A stretch of DNA of 64,000 bases from Candidatus Caldarchaeales archaeon. GTDB lineage: Archaea > Thermoproteota > Nitrososphaeria_A > Caldarchaeales > Wolframiiraptoraceae. The notes below the pieces were generated by a model. It was not told where the DNA came from, made no database searches, and saw nothing but the letters and a program-made list of their open reading frames with translations. Both the position numbers and the translations under genes were made by a program. Of the stretch, positions 8,452-17,793 are shown piece by piece. Numbering within the stretch: position 1 is the stretch's first letter; the number at the start of each line of letters is the position of its first letter. The stretch spans positions 7,588-71,587 of the forward strand of contig JBCNVN010000001.1 of the NCBI GenBank assembly GCA_039630055.1, read 5' to 3'.

Positions 8452-8900
8452 ATACTGCATATACTGTACTTGGATAGACGTTTATGTGAAGATCTATCTG
8501 GAAGCATATATCCACAAGGACATGATTTAGGTCTTCCAAGCTTCTCCCATATATCGTCTACCACCTCTCTCGAGAAGACATCCTCTATCTTCCAGCTTAT
8601 CCTACATGAATCTCTCAGCGGGGTTCCTAGAGAGTATAATGCAGCCTCCAAGACACCATGCTTCCAAAGCTTCTCAACCACTAAGTGTTCACCATAACTG
8701 GTCAATCTAAATCTTCTACCAACTTTTACTACTAAACCCATCCTTGACAGTTTCTTTATCATGAGTGAAGCAGTCGACTTCGATACCTTTAATTCCTCAA
8801 CTATCTGCTTGTTCCTCGCATATCCATCCTCCATAGACCTTCTAAATATTGTTAAGAGATATTCTAGTTCTCTTGCACTAATCTTATGTACGTCTACCAT
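8448..8900 (-). CDS. DtxR/MntR-family metal-dependent transcriptional repressor
   Basis: 150 aa with an N-terminal wHTH (ELEYLLTIF...STASLMIKKLSRMGLV), a dimerisation/metal domain, and a Cys/His-rich tail. It is the last gene of the metal ABC operon. Confidence 0.8.
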   Translation of the reverse strand: MVDVHKISARELEYLLTIFRRSMEDGYARNKQIVEELKVSKSTASLMIKKLSRMGLVVKVGRRFRLTSYGEHLVVEKLWKHGVLEAALYSLGTPLRDSCRISWKIEDVFSREVVDDIWEKLGRPKSCPCGYMLPDRSSHKRLSKYSICSI

Positions 8901-9690
8901 AAACCGTTACACCTAAGACCGCTATAATAGATGTTAATCCTACTCCGCCGCTTGGAGGGATGGCCATCAGGCTGGCTAGAAGGTATCCGGCCACCATGAT
9001 CATCACCCCTAGTAGATAAGAGGCTGAAATATTAAGTCTTCTAAATAATCTCATATAGATGATCCCTGGGATGGCGAGTATAACATGGGTTGCTAGTACA
9101 CCGATGGTAGATGATAGGATCGATGAAGAGATGGCGGTCAAGCTATAGAAGACATATCTGTAGAATCTTATATTCAAACCCATGGCCTCAGCTCCATCCG
9201 GGTCGAATGCTATGTATTTAAACTCTTTGAATAAGAGATGGGTGGTTGGGACCACTATAGATAATCCGAGGAGTAATCTCAAGATATCCTCGATAGAGCT
9301 TATAGTCGATGTTCCAGCGATGTATGCCCAAGCTTTAGCGAAGGCTATACTGGAGACGAGGCTGGACAAGTATCCAAAGATTATAGTCATAGTGGTTGCA
9401 ATCGATACTGAGAAGGCTATAGACATATCTTCTGAGAACCCTCTCTCCATGAGCTCACCCACTATGATCGATAGAGTGATCGCGGTTAAGGTGGATACCA
9501 ATGGTACTGGGATCGGTAGGTCGTATAGAGCGCTTAGATAGACGCCTAAGAGGCTTCCTCCCAAGATCGAGTGGAGAAGCGTTAACCCAAAAGTTACACT
9601 TCTCGAGGTTGTGAGAGGGATGCTTATAGAGCCTACTAGGAGACCGCTCAGGGCAGCGACGATATAGTTTACAATCAGTATCTCAAGCAT
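8884..9690 (-). CDS. ABC-3 family metal (Zn/Mn/Fe) transporter permease
   Basis: 268 aa, polytopic, with ZnuB/MntB/TroCD-like organisation. It overlaps the neighbouring ATPase and regulator genes. Confidence 0.8.
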   Translation of the reverse strand: MLEILIVNYIVAALSGLLVGSISIPLTTSRSVTFGLTLLHSILGGSLLGVYLSALYDLPIPVPLVSTLTAITLSIIVGELMERGFSEDMSIAFSVSIATTMTIIFGYLSSLVSSIAFAKAWAYIAGTSTISSIEDILRLLLGLSIVVPTTHLLFKEFKYIAFDPDGAEAMGLNIRFYRYVFYSLTAISSSILSSTIGVLATHVILAIPGIIYMRLFRRLNISASYLLGVMIMVAGYLLASLMAIPPSGGVGLTSIIAVLGVTVYGRRT

Positions 9691-10450
9691 GGTCTTCTCC
9701 TATGATAAATCCTTGGGGAACCTCTGTTATCCCTGGATAGGCTCTCTTCAATATCTCCAACCTCAATACTTCATCTACTCTACCTATAGCATATATCTTC
9801 TTGTTTAGTAGGATTACTAGTGGATTGTATGCTATGCACGGGCTTATCTCGTGGGCCACGAGAAGGATGTCGACCCCCATCCTAGAGTGAATTCTACTAA
9901 GTAGACCCGCTATCTCACATTTTATATCGAAGTCTAACATCGAGAATGGTTCATCTAAGAGGAGGAGCCTAGCCCCTCTCACCATCGCTCTCGCTATAAG
10001 TACCCTCTGTCTCTCACCACCACTTAGCTCTGAGAATAATCTTTCAGAGTATCCTTCTAGCTCAACAAGCCTTAGAGCATCTTCAACCTCTTCTTCAATC
10101 TTTCTATTGAATATCCTAGGAGGAACGGATTTACTAATGATGCCCATAGAGATGACTTCTCTAACGGTTACTGGAACATGTAGATTTATATTTACGATCT
10201 GTGGAACGTAGCCTACGAACCGCCTAATCTTATTATATTCTCTAACGGAGTCATAGCCATACACTTTGACCATTCCTGAACTGGGTTTTATCATACCGAT
10301 TATACACTTGAGTAAAGTTGTCTTGCCGGCTCCATTCGGCCCCATAACCACCGTCAGAAAAGGCGAGTCCAACTTAAATGAAATATTATCCAGTGCCTTC
10401 AAACCATCAAACGTTACGGTTAAGCCGTCTACTGTCAATTCACCTACCAA
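9683..10450 (-). CDS. Metal ABC transporter ATP-binding protein
   Basis: Walker A GPNGAGKTT, signature LSGGERQRV and Walker B LLLLDEP. Confidence 0.9.
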   Translation of the reverse strand: MVGELTVDGLTVTFDGLKALDNISFKLDSPFLTVVMGPNGAGKTTLLKCIIGMIKPSSGMVKVYGYDSVREYNKIRRFVGYVPQIVNINLHVPVTVREVISMGIISKSVPPRIFNRKIEEEVEDALRLVELEGYSERLFSELSGGERQRVLIARAMVRGARLLLLDEPFSMLDFDIKCEIAGLLSRIHSRMGVDILLVAHEISPCIAYNPLVILLNKKIYAIGRVDEVLRLEILKRAYPGITEVPQGFIIGEDHA

Positions 10451-11498
10451 TTCTCCTCAACCTGATTATCAAGAAGATGACCATCACGGTCAAGACTATG
10501 TTAACTATGATAGAAAGCCATAGTAGGGTGAATGGGTCGATTAGCGGGACATTCGAATAGGTAGAGGTAGGTGATTGAGATGATATTAGAACTGATGCTG
10601 ATAGAGAGATTAGTTCAGGGGTATCATAGAAGATGGCAACAGGCACAACGACATATCGTAGGTTCTCTCTTCTGAGTAGATCGATTAGCTTCTGATTCTT
10701 CACGGCTTCCTCATCGGTGAATATAACAAGATCTGCATCTCCATTTTTCAATCTTGTAAACATGTTCGAGATATCTCTCTCGGATGGTTCTATATCATGT
10801 TCACTTACGACGATATCAACCTGCTCAAGTCCTAAATCGTTGATAAGGTACTGGAGGATCGGAGAGTATATGATAACTCTGTAATGCTTATCCAACGTGG
10901 CTCTAATCTTCTTCTCCAAACTATCGATGCTTTCCAAATACTTCGACAGTCTTCCACGATAATATTCTGAATAATCTCTATCGATCTCAGCGAGGCTGGA
11001 TGCGACTGTAGAGGCTATGGCCCTCAATCCACTTATTGAGTAATAGTAACCATGTGGATTGAGATCGTTCGTCTTCGGATTTACTAGCTGTTTCAACCCA
11101 TTATCTACATAGTCTCCATATCCTACTAATTTAACCCTTAAAAGTCCCTCTTCAACCAACTCGTAGATTTTTTCTTCAACTATTAGGTGGTGCCGACCAC
11201 TCACAACCAGCAATCTTGCTTGAGACAACTTTTCTATAAGCGTACCTGTAGGAGGCTCATAATCATGTGGGTCAACATTAGGCGGTATAATCGTTATGAC
11301 ATCTACTCTCTCTCCACCTATCTCTCTAACTACGGAGGCTATAGGTTCTACCACCGTAACAACCGTTATCTTGCCGACTTCAGCCTCATCAATTCCAAGA
11401 GATACAGATGAACCTTTTAAGATAGATATGAGGAAAAGTGGTATTATTAATATTGAGAGATGTCGATGTCTGTTATCTTTCTTCAAGAAGTGTTCCAT
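10440..11498 (-). CDS. Metal ABC transporter substrate-binding protein (ZnuA/TroA-like) with a C-terminal membrane anchor
   Basis: 352 aa with an N-terminal signal-like helix, the DPHDYEP and NPHGYY motifs typical of cluster-9 binding proteins, and a C-terminal hydrophobic helix followed by RLRRIGR. Confidence 0.75.
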   Translation of the reverse strand: MEHFLKKDNRHRHLSILIIPLFLISILKGSSVSLGIDEAEVGKITVVTVVEPIASVVREIGGERVDVITIIPPNVDPHDYEPPTGTLIEKLSQARLLVVSGRHHLIVEEKIYELVEEGLLRVKLVGYGDYVDNGLKQLVNPKTNDLNPHGYYYSISGLRAIASTVASSLAEIDRDYSEYYRGRLSKYLESIDSLEKKIRATLDKHYRVIIYSPILQYLINDLGLEQVDIVVSEHDIEPSERDISNMFTRLKNGDADLVIFTDEEAVKNQKLIDLLRRENLRYVVVPVAIFYDTPELISLSASVLISSQSPTSTYSNVPLIDPFTLLWLSIIVNIVLTVMVIFLIIRLRRIGR

Positions 11499-11506
11499 AT
11501 CCTTCT

Positions 11507-11527
11507 AAGTTTTATTGAATAAAACTT
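11507..11527. promoter_or_regulatory. 21-bp perfect palindrome, a candidate operator of the metal-uptake operon
   Basis: AAGTTTTATT-G-AATAAAACTT has 10-bp arms and lies 9 nt upstream of the start codon at 11498. Confidence 0.4.
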
Positions 11528-11664
11528 CTATTTAAATCTGCTAAACTTACCAGTTGAATCCATCAATCGTAGAGTTTTTAGTGAGTTTACTTTAGAAAAT
11601 AGTGTTCCGTAGAAGCTTAATTCTTAAGTAGTCCTGATAACGATCTAGTGAGTAAGGGTGTTTT

Positions 11665-13038
11665 ATGAGCCACCCATATATCGGATTGACTCGAGAAGAA
11701 GTCACCTCTATGCTTTTAGAGATGGGTTTAAAGAGTATTGATGAACTCTATATGGATATACCTTCCAGATTCTTTATCAAGAACGCTCTACAATACTCTA
11801 AACCTTTGAGTGAAGAAGAAGTTAGACGCCATCTGAAAATTATAACCTCCAAGAATAAGACGGCCAGCCAGTTTAAATTATTTATTGGCGGTGGATTATG
11901 GCCCCATATAATACCTTCAGCTGTTAAAGAGGTGGTTAGGAGGAGCGAGTTCTTAACATCTTATACTCCTTACCAGCCTGAGGTTTCACAAGGGATGCTT
12001 CAAGCATTATTCGAGTATCAAAGCCTTATGGCGGAGCTTCTAGACGTTGAGGTCGTTAATTCATCTATGTATGATTGGGCTACAGCCCTCGGAGAAGCAT
12101 TTAGAATGGCTTCTAGAGTAACTAAACGTAACAAGATACTCTATCCTCGATACATCTCTCCTGAGAGATTGAAGGTTGCAGAGACCTATTCTAAACCATC
12201 CAACATTAGACTGGTAGAATATCTACAGAATAGAGTTGATGGGTTAGCTGATCTCGAAGACTTGAAGAATAAGATAAGAGATGATACTGCAGCTGTCTAC
12301 ATAGAGTATCCATCCTATCTTGGTTTTATTCCAACCAATATTCGGGAGATTGGAGAGACAGCACACGACCACAACGCATTATTCATAATAGGCGTAGACC
12401 CTATTGCTTTAGGAATATTTGAGTCTCCTGGAAAGCTTGGAGCAGATATTGTAGTAGGGGAGGGTCAACCGCTTGGGATGCCGCTGAATTTCGGTGGACC
12501 TCTCTTAGGAGTAATGGGATGTAGGATGGATAGAGAGCTTATACATAATCTTCCAGGCAGACTTATCGGAATGACTCTCACGGTTAAAGGAGAGAGAGCT
12601 TATACCATGATCTTACAAGCTAGAGAACAGCATATTAAGAGAGAGAAGGCTACGAGCAATATCTGTACAAATCAAGCTCTATGCGCTGTCACCGCCGCTG
12701 TCTATCTAGCCTTATTGGGAAAGAAAGGTATCAAAGAGTTGGGAGAACAGATTCTAGCTAGAACAAAGTATATGATAAATAAGCTATCAAGGATCGGCAA
12801 AGTAGAGGTGCCACTATTCAAAAATATACACTTTAAAGAGTTTACATATAGGGTTCACGGTGTAAAGTCTGGAGAAATCTTGAAGAACCTGTTAGAGAAG
12901 AAGATCTTTGGAGGTATCGATATTGGCGGAATGTTTAATGGATTAGATGACGGTATCTTGACATGTGTTACTGAAGTACACTCAAGAGAAGACTTAGACT
13001 ATTATGTGAGCTCTCTCAGAGAGGTGGTAGAGAGATGA
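11665..13038 (+). CDS. gcvPA: Glycine dehydrogenase (decarboxylating) subunit 1
   Basis: 457 aa with YTPYQPEVSQG, REQHIKREKATSNICTNQAL. It overlaps gcvPB by 4 nt. Confidence 0.9.
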   Translation: MSHPYIGLTREEVTSMLLEMGLKSIDELYMDIPSRFFIKNALQYSKPLSEEEVRRHLKIITSKNKTASQFKLFIGGGLWPHIIPSAVKEVVRRSEFLTSYTPYQPEVSQGMLQALFEYQSLMAELLDVEVVNSSMYDWATALGEAFRMASRVTKRNKILYPRYISPERLKVAETYSKPSNIRLVEYLQNRVDGLADLEDLKNKIRDDTAAVYIEYPSYLGFIPTNIREIGETAHDHNALFIIGVDPIALGIFESPGKLGADIVVGEGQPLGMPLNFGGPLLGVMGCRMDRELIHNLPGRLIGMTLTVKGERAYTMILQAREQHIKREKATSNICTNQALCAVTAAVYLALLGKKGIKELGEQILARTKYMINKLSRIGKVEVPLFKNIHFKEFTYRVHGVKSGEILKNLLEKKIFGGIDIGGMFNGLDDGILTCVTEVHSREDLDYYVSSLREVVER

Positions 13039-14564
13039 GCTTTAGACAGGCCAGATGGTCTGAACCTACTATATTCGAGTTATCTAGAGATGGAGCTGTC
13101 GGCGTAGACTTCACAGATCTAGATGGAGAATTGAAAGAGGCATTGGTTGAGGCCTTAGATGACCTGCCTGAGGGTTTGAGGAGAAGAGAGCTGAATCTTC
13201 CAGAGCTCTCTGAATTGGATGTTATAAGACACTTTACTAGGCTTAGCCAGATGAACTATGGAGTAAACTCTGGAATTTATCCACTTGGAAGCTGCACTAT
13301 GAAGTATAATCCAGCGATAAATGAAGAGATAACAAGCTTTACGGGAATATTCGATGTCCACCCACTACAGCCTGAAGAGACGGTTCAAGGATGCTTAGAG
13401 ATAATGTGGAGGCTTGAGCAGATCCTCAAAGAGATTACTGGTATGCATAGGTTCAGTCTCCAGCCTGCTGCCGGGGCTCATGGAGAATTCTTAGGATGTC
13501 TAATTATAAGGGCATACCATAAGGATAAGGGATTGGAAGAAAAGAATGTTATGATCGTTCCAGATTCTGCTCATGGGACCAATCCGGCTAGCGCGGCCAT
13601 GGCTGGATACGATGTAAAAGTGGTCAAGAGCGATGAGGATGGATGTGTAAGTATAAGCGATCTAAAAAAGATAGTCGACTATAGAGTAGCAGGGATAATG
13701 TTGACGAATCCAAACACGCTAGGCATATTCGAGAAGAATATTGAAGAGATCGTCGATATAATTCATGGAGTCGATGGATTACTCTACTATGATGGAGCAA
13801 ATCTAAATGCTCTACTCGGCAAGGTTAGACCAGGTGACATGGGGTTCGACATAGTCCATCTAAATCTTCATAAAACCTTCTCGACACCTCATGGAGGAGG
13901 AGGCCCCGGATCCGGACCAGTGGGAGTAGTTGATAAGCTCGTCGACTATCTTCCATCTCCTCTAGTAAATTACGATGAATCGAGAAAGATCTTCTATCTA
14001 GATTATGATAGACCTAAGAGTATTGGGAAGATCAAGATGTTCTATGGTAATTTCACTGTTCTAGTCAAAGCCTATGGATATTTGTTAAGAATGGGTAGCG
14101 ATGGGTTGAAGAGGGTGGCTGAGTCAAGCGTCTTATCTTCAAACTATCTACTCCACAAGGTTAGGAAGTTGAGGGGGGTGACTCTACCATATGCTCCACA
14201 ATCTTATAGAAAGCATGAATTCGTGGTGAGTCTATCTAGGCTATTCAAGGAGACCGGTGTATCTGCGAGGGATGTAGCTAAGAGGCTTCTAGACTATGGG
14301 TTCCATGCCCCAACGATATACTTTCCACTGATTGTTGATGAGGCATTTATGGTGGAGCCTACAGAGTCGGAGTCGAAAAGAGAGATAGATGCTTTTTATA
14401 ATGCTCTATCAAATGTCATTAATGAGGCTTATCAGAATCCAGAATTGGTTAAGACTTCACCCCACAATACCTCTGTAGCGAGAGTAGATGAAGTAAGAGC
14501 TTCTCATCCTAAGACGATGATCCCATCATGGAGAGTATATACTATGAGGAGTGAGAGACTGTGA
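13035..14564 (+). CDS. gcvPB: Glycine dehydrogenase (decarboxylating) subunit 2
   Basis: 509 aa with the PLP-lysine region NLHKTFSTPHGGGGPG. Confidence 0.92.
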   Translation: MSFRQARWSEPTIFELSRDGAVGVDFTDLDGELKEALVEALDDLPEGLRRRELNLPELSELDVIRHFTRLSQMNYGVNSGIYPLGSCTMKYNPAINEEITSFTGIFDVHPLQPEETVQGCLEIMWRLEQILKEITGMHRFSLQPAAGAHGEFLGCLIIRAYHKDKGLEEKNVMIVPDSAHGTNPASAAMAGYDVKVVKSDEDGCVSISDLKKIVDYRVAGIMLTNPNTLGIFEKNIEEIVDIIHGVDGLLYYDGANLNALLGKVRPGDMGFDIVHLNLHKTFSTPHGGGGPGSGPVGVVDKLVDYLPSPLVNYDESRKIFYLDYDRPKSIGKIKMFYGNFTVLVKAYGYLLRMGSDGLKRVAESSVLSSNYLLHKVRKLRGVTLPYAPQSYRKHEFVVSLSRLFKETGVSARDVAKRLLDYGFHAPTIYFPLIVDEAFMVEPTESESKREIDAFYNALSNVINEAYQNPELVKTSPHNTSVARVDEVRASHPKTMIPSWRVYTMRSERL

Positions 14565-15670
14565 GAAAGATACCGCTTCTATCGTATTATTCTGAGATCG
14601 GTGCAGAGATAGGAGAGTTTGCAGGATGGATGACACCTCTCTGGTTCACTAATAATAGAGAAGAACATCTAGCTGTTAGAGATAGTGTGGGCATATTCGA
14701 TATTACCCATATGACGAGGATCGCTGTGAAGGGGAGAGATTCAGAGAAACTATTACAGGAGGTCTTAACCATAGATGTTGAGAAGCTTAAGCCGGGGAAG
14801 ATGAAATACTGTTTAATATGTAATGAGAAAGGTGGGATAATAGATGATTTAACAGTCTTTAGACATCCCTCTGATAGAGGATTATTCGTAATAGTATGTA
14901 ATGCGATTACCCATGATAAAGTTTTAGGGAAACTATATGAAATATCCCAAAAAACTGATGTAGAGATAATGGATTTAACATTTGAGACCAGTCTATATGC
15001 TGTGCAGGGGCCGAGATCTGTAGAGCTAATGTCAAAGTTCAGTGGGATAGATTTGGGTAAGCTTAAATGGTTTACCGGGGTTGATTGCAAGATAGATGAT
15101 ACTGATGCGTTAATCACTCGAAGTGGATATACTGGAGAAGATGGTTACGAGCTTATGCTTTGGAGCTGGGATATAGATATGTTGAAGAAGATATGGAGTA
15201 ATATAGTCAAGCTTGGATCCACCCCATGTGGGTTAGCTGCAAGAGATAGTCTTAGACTTGAAGCAGGATATCCACTATACGGGCAAGATATAGATGAGAA
15301 TATAAACCCTGTAGAGGCTAGGTTAACATTTGCAGTTGACCTATCTAAGAGATCTTTCATTGGGAGAGATACTGTGGAAAGAGCTATGAAAGAATCAAAG
15401 CCTAGAAGAGTCTTGATAGGTTTCAAAACTATTGAGAGAAGTATTCCTAGAAGAGGCTACCGTATACTAAGTAGGGATTATCATGTTGTTGGAGAAACGA
15501 CTAGTGGAGGGTTTTCATTCATCTTAGGCATCGGGATAGGTCTCGGATACATTGATCCACTATACGCTAATGAAGATGAAAGATTGAAACTTGAAGTTAA
15601 GAATAAGTACAAAGAAATAGAAGTAACATTGAGACCGATAATACCTCATAGGATGAAGCAACTTCACTAA
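14561..15670 (+). CDS. gcvT: Aminomethyltransferase (glycine cleavage T protein)
   Basis: 369 aa with EHLAVRDSVGIFD, RSGYTGEDGYEL and ARDSLRLEAGYPLYGQD. Confidence 0.9.
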   Translation: MRKIPLLSYYSEIGAEIGEFAGWMTPLWFTNNREEHLAVRDSVGIFDITHMTRIAVKGRDSEKLLQEVLTIDVEKLKPGKMKYCLICNEKGGIIDDLTVFRHPSDRGLFVIVCNAITHDKVLGKLYEISQKTDVEIMDLTFETSLYAVQGPRSVELMSKFSGIDLGKLKWFTGVDCKIDDTDALITRSGYTGEDGYELMLWSWDIDMLKKIWSNIVKLGSTPCGLAARDSLRLEAGYPLYGQDIDENINPVEARLTFAVDLSKRSFIGRDTVERAMKESKPRRVLIGFKTIERSIPRRGYRILSRDYHVVGETTSGGFSFILGIGIGLGYIDPLYANEDERLKLEVKNKYKEIEVTLRPIIPHRMKQLH

Positions 15671-15740
15671 TCCTAGGTCTCTGAAAATCTTACAGAAAAC
15701 TACATATAGACCATTCTGAAGATTCATTTTAAGAACTGGT

Positions 15741-16667
15741 ATGAGGTCCCATATTGAAACGTCTAAACTTAGAGTTCTCTTCCTCGCTACACGTCCATGG
15801 TCATTTCAGCTGACCATCATATCTACTACTCTTGGGCTAGTGTTAGCAACCTATACTCAATCATATAACCTACTACTATTCCCACTGGTCTTGGTTGGGC
15901 TCCTCTCAGCACATGCCGCAGCCAACTTAGTCAATGATCTATATGATGTTAAGTATGGGGTTGATAAACCATCATCTCCAACTGCAAAGTATAGGAGACA
16001 TTATCTATTGACAGGTGAAATCAGTAGAAAAACGTTCATATTAGAGACATTGCTATCATATGGGTTAATGATCTCGATAGCTGCATATCTTACTTTTATT
16101 AGAGGATGGATAGTTCTACTCTTTACCGTTGCAGGGGTATTCATCACATATGCTTATACAGCTGACCCAATAAAGCTTAAGCATCTTTCTATGGGAGAGA
16201 TAGCTGTATTCTTAGCATGGGGTCCATTGATGGTTACGGGAACCTATTATGTATTAACAGGTGAACTCAGCTTGACACCAATATATGCATCTATCCCGAT
16301 AGGATTATTCGTTTCTTTGGTTTTATTCGCAAACAATATTAGAGATATGGATTACGACAGATCTGCAGGGGTAAAGACTCTAGCCGTAATCCTTGGGAAT
16401 AGAAGGTCTCTAGAATTCTATAAATATACAATAATTGTAATATATTTATCGGTTGTATTGCTCACAGCTTTGAGAGTATTATCTATCTTCACACTACTCA
16501 CATACTTGACAATTCCAAGAGCAGTAAGGCTTGTTAAGACATTCTATGAAAAGGTTCCTGATGCAGCTGATCCTATGACCGCCCAATTAGCTTTCAACTT
16601 TGGATTGTTACTGATTATAGGAGAAGGAGTAGATCAGATAATAGGGGCTTTTATAGATCTATTCTGA
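15741..16667 (+). CDS. UbiA-family prenyltransferase, MenA-like
   Basis: 308 aa, polytopic, with Asp-rich motifs NLVNDLYDVKYGVD and NNIRDMDYDRSAGVKTLAV as in DHNA prenyltransferases. Confidence 0.75.
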   Translation: MRSHIETSKLRVLFLATRPWSFQLTIISTTLGLVLATYTQSYNLLLFPLVLVGLLSAHAAANLVNDLYDVKYGVDKPSSPTAKYRRHYLLTGEISRKTFILETLLSYGLMISIAAYLTFIRGWIVLLFTVAGVFITYAYTADPIKLKHLSMGEIAVFLAWGPLMVTGTYYVLTGELSLTPIYASIPIGLFVSLVLFANNIRDMDYDRSAGVKTLAVILGNRRSLEFYKYTIIVIYLSVVLLTALRVLSIFTLLTYLTIPRAVRLVKTFYEKVPDAADPMTAQLAFNFGLLLIIGEGVDQIIGAFIDLF

Positions 16668-16746
16668 CTTTCCAATTTAAACATCTTAGCTACCTCTATA
16701 TTTTATGTTGTGTTAGATTTAAAAGGTGCGTTGATCAATTATCTAC

Positions 16747-16869
16747 ATGATCCCATCTACAATCTTTCCATCAGATATTGAGATGCTGATTAGAGAAGTC
16801 CAGATGTTGAAAGCAGAGGTCGCTAAGATAAAAGAAGCCTTGAAGAAGCATGGAATCGAGATTGATTAG
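16747..16869 (+). CDS. Small (40 aa) coiled-coil ORF below the ORF-track threshold
   Basis: The ATG..TAG frame gives MIPSTIFPSDIEMLIREVQMLKAEVAKIKEALKKHGIEID, 42 nt upstream of the MoaD-like gene. No homology is recognised. Confidence 0.25.
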   Translation: MIPSTIFPSDIEMLIREVQMLKAEVAKIKEALKKHGIEID

Positions 16870-16911
16870 TTAAGATAAGGTTAATATTTCCAAATACCTA
16901 TTGACCATAGT

Positions 16912-17208
16912 ATGACTAAGGTTAAGGTTAGATATCTTGCATTCTTGAGAGAAGAGACGAAGAAGGTTGAAGAAGAAATAGTGCTTCCAGACAACTCAAA
17001 TATCAACGACTACATTAAAGAACTCCTTAGAAGATATAGTGGATTAAAGAGATATCTTCTTAATTCTGAAGGTGGTCTTAGAGATGGAATAAATGTAGCA
17101 GTAAATGGAGATGTTATCCGTAGGAGTGACTATGATAAGACCATTCTTAAAGATGAGGATGAAGTTGTTGTTATACCTCCAATAGCTGGTGGATCCTCAT
17201 TCTTCTAA
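16912..17208 (+). CDS. moaD: MoaD/ThiS-family ubiquitin-like sulfur carrier with a GG-SSFF C-terminus
   Basis: 98 aa with a beta-grasp pattern (VKVRYLAFLRE...VNGD...DEVVVIPPIAGG), followed by four extra residues. It converges on moaE. Confidence 0.7.
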   Translation: MTKVKVRYLAFLREETKKVEEEIVLPDNSNINDYIKELLRRYSGLKRYLLNSEGGLRDGINVAVNGDVIRRSDYDKTILKDEDEVVVIPPIAGGSSFF

Positions 17209-17652
17209 CCAGCTATAGCTTCCATCTATGTAGACTTCTTTCTTAAAGAGTGGAGGCTCTTTCTTATATCTATCAACCAGCTCGGTTAACGCTTTGAAGG
17301 TTTCTTCTCTACCTCTTCCAGCGGCAACCACTACAACTAGTGGCTCACCAACCTCGAATCTACCTATAAGATGCCATATCCCTGCATAAGCTAGAGAGTA
17401 TTTCTCTCTTACATCTAGACAGATCCTCTCGATTATCCTATCTGCATATTCTTTATATGCTTCTATCTCTAGATGGGAGACATTTACACCTTTTCTACTT
17501 AAACTCTTAACTCTTCCAATGAAGATAACAGTGGCACCGGCTTCTCCCTCGAACCCTACATCTAAGATCTCTTGAAAGAGGTCGTTTAAGTTGAGCTTAT
17601 CTTTCTCATAGACTCCTACCTTATACTTGAATCCTCTAACCACCATGTCCAA
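17197..17652 (-). CDS. moaE: Molybdopterin synthase catalytic subunit MoaE
   Basis: 151 aa with GATVIFIGRVK, HLEIEAYKEYA, VVVVAAGRGREETF and PLFKKE. Confidence 0.8.
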   Translation of the reverse strand: MDMVVRGFKYKVGVYEKDKLNLNDLFQEILDVGFEGEAGATVIFIGRVKSLSRKGVNVSHLEIEAYKEYADRIIERICLDVREKYSLAYAGIWHLIGRFEVGEPLVVVVAAGRGREETFKALTELVDRYKKEPPLFKKEVYIDGSYSWLEE

Positions 17653-17793
17653 TATATGGATATATATAGTGATTCGTAAACGTTATGGTTAAACGCCATT
17701 CTTTTGTCAATTTCTATGAATCCATATACTGTGAAGCCTACGTAAATAGTAAGATTATATGTGATGAATTGATGACGTCATCTCTCGGTAGGT

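Noticed and set aside
17761-17782. A C-box-like GTGATGA followed by the 12-bp palindrome GATGACGTCATC upstream of moaE, considered as a C/D-box sRNA or operator
   Set aside because: No D box (CUGA) or C'/D' pair lies at a suitable distance on either strand. A single short palindrome in a terminator/promoter gap is not enough to call a regulatory site.
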